Source: Eledone cirrhosa (taxonomy: Eukaryota). Taken from it: 64,000 bases of DNA. The translations under genes were made by a program, and so were the position numbers. Of this stretch, positions 33,441-64,000 are shown piece after piece. Numbering within the stretch: the first letter of the stretch is position 1; every line of letters begins with the position of its first letter. Location of the stretch: positions 1,736,001 through 1,800,000 of the forward strand of contig OZ024755.1 of NCBI GenBank assembly GCA_964016885.1, given 5' to 3'. Under the pieces are notes generated by a model that searched no databases, was not told the origin of the DNA, and saw only the letters and a program-made list of their open reading frames with translations.

Positions 33441-36400
33441 AACAAGTGTCACTTGAACAGCTTTATCATATTTTTACTGCCTGTAAAACATTGCCTAAAA
33501 AACAACCCATTCAAGTGTGATAAACATAATAGTGGGAGGGTAAATGTTGCAGAAGTTAGTGATTGTGTGTATATGAGAGAGACTGACCTAAGCTGCTATT
33601 TAAAGAGGAAAGGGACAACTGGTTTTTCATTGTTGATTTCAACTGAATGAAATGAACACAGTAGTGGGAGGGTACATGTCATCATGGGAGTTATTGACTG
33701 GAAGAGACAGGATGGGGAATATGAGAGAGAGAAGAGCAAGGGACAAGTTGGCTTACCATTGTTAATTCTAGTTGAATGACTGTGACAAAAAACATAGTAG
33801 AGAGATGAGTGGAGAATTCTCACTGTGGAAGTTTTGATACAATAAAAAAGTGGTTTATAGAAAAAATAGTTTTCTAAGTCACACATCACATGACTACTAA
33901 TTAATGAAATATACTCACATTTTTATTGTTGAAAAACATCAAACATTAAAACCAGCTCAAAATGAACTTTTTGTTTTTTAATTAAAACTGATTCAGGGTA
34001 GAGAGGACTTTTTAATCAAGTCCAACCACCTTTCTAATAACAGTGGCATAATGAAATACACCCAGTTCACACTGTGGTTGGAGATAGAAGGGCACCCCAT
34101 ACCCCCAAAAAGTACATGAAAAGCACAACATATAAAATGTGTTATATTGTGTTGGAAAAAAAACCTGTTCAAGCATGGTTAAATGGACATAAAACGATTT
34201 TGTGTGACAATATTTACCAGTATGTTTGACCTGTTAGAAATAGATGTCAAACCTCCCTTTGTTGCCTTAGAAAAGGAAAGGATATATTAAATAATATAGT
34301 CCTAAATATCCTTAAAACAGGAATAGTTATGACAGGAAGACCTTCAATGATAGGTTTGCTGGATCAGAATTGACTTGGTTTTCCAGGAATCTGCTGGATC
34401 AGGACTTGGTACTCAACAACAATATTTACATGCAAAACCAAGAAGAAAAAGTTAAAAAATAAAATAAAACTAATTGTAGATAGATATTTTATTTTTAAAA
34501 ACCAAATTCTTTCATTTTATTTTTGCAACCCCCATCCAGTTCCTTTTTTTTTTCAATTCAGTTCAACAGATTTATAGATTTGTCTCTTTAGTTAATCTAC
34601 ACAGGTTTTCTTCTCTCACATCCCATACATTAACCACTCAACTCATCATATATTGTTTCGATGTGTCAATCCACCACTCTGTAATAAAATTAATCTATTT
34701 ACCTCTAACTATAACAGTTAGGAAAACATTCAATTTCAGTGTTTCTTAAAGTGGTTGGTATTAGGAAGGGCATCCATCTGTAGATATATTAAAATGGGGA
34801 CCTATGAACAAGATATGATTCTCAAACCTGTCCAACCCATGTCAGCTTAGAAAACGGACATAAAATGGTCAGACCACTAGCTCCTCTAACAAACCAATAT
34901 TTAACAAACTATAATAGCTGTTAGTAATAACAAACAAAAAGAAGTTTTAAGGCTGTATTCCTTGCTAAAACAGGGGTTAACCTTGTGGAGCCCATGATAA
35001 GTCTCATACTCATCATGGGATCCTTTTGGAGGCAATATTTTATGGCCAGATGATCTTGGTACCAACCCTTTTCATTACCTCTTACACCACACAGGGATAT
35101 AGTGTACCTACTCTAAACAGGGTACCCCTAGCAGACCATTCCAGTTTGGTGTCTCCACCACACCAGCTGCTCTCAAACAAACCTAACCAAACTTTTATGT
35201 CTGTTCGTTGAAAATTCTGACCATTGACTTTTTCTGTCAACAAAATACAACTGCAACACAATATAGCCCCCCCACCCCCCCTCCTCTATCATTAAAGCAC
35301 CCAATAAACTTAAAATGATAGGACTGTGTGAGCGATAGAAAATCTTAGAGATGCAGGTAAATTATTTCAACTGTTCATTATTTTAGTTAATCAACTAATT
35401 TAAGAAATTAACTAATTATATTTTGTTTTCATGTTGATATCGCAGTAAACTAAGTTTCAAATATGCAATTTATAAGAGTTTTGTGTAGATTTTTAATTAC
35501 TTAATTATCATTAAAAGGGCAGTGGAGTGGCAAAATAAATTGTTAGAGCATTGGACAATATGTTTTACGGTATTTTGTTATAACTCTACTTTCTGAGTTC
35601 AAATCCCACCAAGATCAACATTGCTTTTCATCTTTCTAGTATTGATAAAATAATGTACCAGTTATATACTTGGGCTGATACAATTAACAATTCTTCTCTT
35701 CTCCAAATTGCTGACCTTCTACCGAAATTAGAAACCATTATTATTATTATTATTTTATTCATGAAAATCATTCAAAATGAACAAAGTTTAAAAGATATGC
35801 CCCCCCCCCCCACCTTTGTGATCGTATTACTAATGAAATACAGTATATTTCAATTAATTAAAAATTTTGAGGGATTTACTAAAATTATTAATCCTTTCAT
35901 TCCTCAGTAACTTAACATATAGTTCTTATATAAATGTTGGCAGATTTTAATTTAAATAGGAACCTTTTAAAATATGTGTGGGTTTTGTTTCATCGAAGCA
36001 GAGGCAGATTTATCTGGGTTAGTATCAAAAGGGTTAAGACCATCACAAAAAATAAAAAAAAAATAAAGGAAAACACAAAATTCCTTACAAATATTTTAAC
36101 CCTTTTTTTATTTTCAACTTTTTTTTGTGGTGTGGTGGTGGTGTGAGGGAAGAGGAGGGAAATATATGGGAGTAGGAGGCAGTAATTCTTGTTCCTTTTT
36201 TTTTTATTAAAAACTTCCTCCCCTTCCCAGAAAATAAAACTGTCTGCAATTTAATGTCAATTTTAGATTTTTAAATCCCTCTCCCCACCCTAGAAAACAT
36301 ACCCCACCCCCACAACATGCCTCCAAAGATACAACCCCACCACCACTTGCAAGTAAAAGGATAAAATATTTATCTGCAATATTTAAAAAGCACAACTAAA

Positions 36401-36763
36401 ATTTGTTTCACCTGCAGAGGGTCATTTCTTGAATTAAAATTCCTTCTACTTTCTTGAAATGTCATTCATTTTTTCCATTTCGTTAACATTTTTTTTTTAT
36501 TTAAGCTTTTTTCACTTTTTTCATCAATCAACGAAAGGAATGTGGATGTGACACGATCAAAAAGAAGACGCCATTGATGTGATGTGCTGCTGTTTAGATA
36601 TATTTATTTATTCATATATATATTTTTTTTCTTTTCAAAATCTTTTGTTGCTGAGCTTGGCAGCCTTCTTAAGCAGGAAAAAAAAAAAAAAATGACCAGC
36701 AGATGATATAAACCATTGATTATAAGACAGGCACGAAGTAGAGGCCGATTGTCTGTTGTGGAT

Positions 36764-61124
<24,361 letters not shown>

Positions 61125-61824
61125 AGTGGGCTAATGAGGGCAGCAGGAAAAAAAAAAAAAAAGAAGAGGCTCTGGCCCAAAAAGCCAGCCAATTATTTCA
61201 GCCAGCCAGCCCTGTATTTTCGCCTCAATCCAGGCTGTATCTTGCTTCTGAGAATTTAGCCTCCAAGTTTCACCACTGCAAATAGTAAACAGTAAAATGT
61301 GAAATATACACAATACCAGACAGAATTCTCAAAATATATCAGGAAAAACAAGAAAAAATGAAAAAAAAAAAAATGACACTTGCTTGGGTTAACTTAGCAT
61401 TTATATTGGCCATATCCGGCCAGAATTCTCTCACCTCTTTCTATTCAAATCAGCCACTCATACTGCTGTTAAGGTGCTGTTCTCAAAGAAATAACATCAA
61501 AATCTCGTAGATTCGATATTATGTGAGGTAAAGTGTTTACCACAAAATACAATAGTATATATAGAGTAATGTAAATGTTAAAGGGTTAACCCTCTCAATA
61601 CAAAAGAAAAAGTATCGACAAGATCCCAGACCTCATTCACTTTATAAGATTCCCTATCTCGAGATCAGCTCGCACCACCTCTGACCACGTCTTTCTCAGT
61701 TTTCCTTTTCTACTGCTCCCTTCCACCTACAACCCCGGGCAGTTCTTCACTCAGCAACTATCCATTTGTATACTACAAGGGTTTTGGAATGTTTCAAGCA
61801 ATTGATATCTTCTGCTATGATATA

Positions 61825-62022
61825 CGAGAGTTAGCTGAAAAGTTCATAGGCCAACAATGAAGGATTAATGCTAGAGCTGTGAAATCATGCATGCATTAAT
61901 TTCAGCTCTTCTGATTAATAACTGCATTGTTTCTTTCCAGTGACTATATTGAAAAATAAACCTCTTTTGGTGATTCCATGAGAGTATCTTGGTCAACCTA
62001 TGAACCTTTCAACCAACCCTCG
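61825..62022. mobile_element. mariner-type MITE
   Basis: TA-CGAGAGTTAGCTGAAAAGTTCATAGG ... CCTATGAACCTTTCAACCAACCCTCG-TA. Confidence 0.78.
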
Positions 62023-62959
62023 TACATCTAATTCAACTCATCTCTGCTTTGTCATTCATTCAGGCTTGATTTCTAACCTTTGCAGATATTCTCAGCATTG
62101 AAGACCCAGGTCTCAGTACAGTCTAACATTGCTGCACCATATGGAGGTATCAGGCAAGCTACCCCTTTGCTTTAATAGATGGTATGGGTACTGATCTAGT
62201 AAACCTTAGTGGCCCACAAAAGAAAAAGAACTCAATAGTTATGATAGGAGAACCTCTCTCATGGCAGCTTAGCAAACGCTTGCTTTGCAGAAACATCATA
62301 GATATGTTGTAAGAAAATAAATTATATGTATGTACAAACACACACACGTGTATGTATATATATATATATACACACACACACTCACACACGTGTATTATAT
62401 ATATAGAGGGTGGTTATGAAATAAAATGATAGTAAGGAGAACAGGATGAGAGAGAGAGAGTGGAATATGTGGGAAATGTGTAGGCAGAGAGAAATAGATC
62501 TAGGGAAAACACACACAACACATGTACAGTAAAGTGAGAGAGAGAGAGAGAATAGTGATGGGGTGGAGGGGAGAGAGGTGATGGGGTGGAGGGGAGAGTG
62601 AGGTGATGGAAGAGAGAGAGAGAGAGAGGGGGGAAATCAATGACAAATCTGTAAAGAAAGATTTCCACCAATTAAAAAAGAAACAATGGATTCCCCAGTA
62701 AATAGATTTCACTGGGAAATCTCTGTAGTTGCCATTGTTTTCATGTTTGATGTTTCATTACATACTGTTGTTGTTTTGTACTATTTGTCAGTTTTGTTGG
62801 TTTCTAAATCTAATCATTTCTGGTTGTCTTTTGTTGTTAATTGTATTTGTTTACCTGAGAGAGAGAGAGAGAGGGAGAGAGGGAGGTGGTGTCATGTTTT
62901 TTTTGTAGTTATTTTATTATTTTTTTATCCCTGTGTTAACTTCCAAAGATGTGTCAGCA

Positions 62960-63185
62960 AACACATACCTGTGTATATCTAAGCACATACCTGTGTATAT
63001 GTAAACACATACCTGTGTATATCTAAGCACATACCTGTGTACATGTAAACACATACCTGTGTATATCTAAGCACATACCTGTGTACATCTAAGCACATAC
63101 CTGTGTATATGTAAACACATACCTGTGTACATCTAAGCACATACCCGTGTACATGTAAACACATACCCGTGTACATGTAAACACA
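62960..63185. repeat. Minisatellite, 22-bp unit
   Basis: CACATACCTGTGTA[C/T]AT[C/G]TAA[G/A] tandem units. Confidence 0.9.
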
Positions 63186-63354
63186 GACACACATATTTGT
63201 GTGTGTGTGTAAACATAACAAGCATATACTTGAGAATGGAGAAGGTGGGAGAGAAAGGAGGGGGAGAGAGGGGTGGGAGAGGAGGGGGGAGAGCCAACAA
63301 CTGTGAAAAGTGTGTCAATGTTAAAAGATGCTGTGAGGGGTAGTGAGAGTAGGA

Positions 63355-64000
63355 GTCATGGGGAGAGAGAGAGAGAGACATGTAACAGTGAGGGGAGGCG
63401 TGATGGGGAGAGAGAGACATGTTTCAGTGAGGGGAGGAATGATGGGGAGAGAGAGACATGTTTCAGTGAGGGGAGGAGTGATGGAGAGAGAGAGAGACAT
63501 GTTTCAGTGAGGGGAGGAGTGATGGTGAGAGAGAGAGACATGCAACAGTGAGGGGAGGAGTGATGGAGAGAGAGACATGTTTCAGTGAGGGGAGGAGTGA
63601 TGGGGAGAGAGAGACATGTTTCAGTGAGGGGAGGAGTGATGGGGAGAGAGAGACATGTTTCAGTGAGGGGAGGAGTGATGGAGAGAGAGAGACATGTTTC
63701 AGTGAGGGGAGGAGTGATGGAGAGAGAGAGACATGTTTCAATGAGGGGAGGAGTGGAGAGAGAGAGAGAGACATGTTTCAATGAGGGGAGGAGTGGAGAG
63801 AGAGAGAGAGACATGTTTCAATGAGGGGAGGAGTGATGGAGAGAGAGAGAGAGACATGTTTCAGTGAGGGGAGGAGTGATGGAGAGAGAGAGACATGTTT
63901 CAATGAGGGGAGGAGTGATGGAGAGAGAGAGACATGTTTCAATGAGGGGAGGAGTGATGGAGAGAGAGAGAGAGACATGTTTCAATGAGGGGAGGAGTGG
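63355..64000. repeat. Purine-rich minisatellite, ~39-43-bp unit, running off the window end
   Basis: GAGAGAGACATGTTTCAGTGAGGGGAGGAGTGATGG tandem units. Confidence 0.95.

Noticed and set aside
62848-62880. Recursive splice site CTCTCTCAG|GTAAAC upstream of HERC4
   Set aside because: The polypyrimidine tract is simply a (CT)n microsatellite, so a chance match is likely.

Overview
AT-rich, microsatellite-dense animal genomic DNA. The RTE LINE tails, Deu/Nin-domain SINEs and tRNA-SINEs best fit an octopus/coleoid cephalopod (inference). Two intron-rich protein-coding genes on the minus strand were rebuilt by hand from GT-AG exons with consistent phases. (1) A complete small-HERC E3 ubiquitin ligase (HERC4-like; RCC1 repeats + HECT) with 29 coding exons, 61124->36764, 3183 nt including the stop (1060 aa). 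(2) An unnamed RNA-binding protein (acidic N-terminus, two nucleolin-like RRMs, G/Y/N/Q-rich tail, C-terminal KRRR) with 13 coding exons, 29584->19377, 416 aa, plus a non-coding last exon and polyA signal near 17991. Its 3' region has a candidate poison exon, a triplicated acceptor and exons starting with GTAA. The first 18 kb is a transposon patchwork: four RTE copies, a Penelope-like RT remnant, a CRE-clade remnant, a deleted Tc1/mariner, fold-back structures and an inverted duplication of an orphan terminal exon. It also holds several type I hammerhead ribozyme motifs with long stem II embedded in (TA)n; the one at 1872-1994 (minus) appears intact. HERC4 introns carry many minisatellites, including a 2.7 kb 15-mer array whose long ORFs are spurious. 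All coordinates were read manually and no database searches were run.
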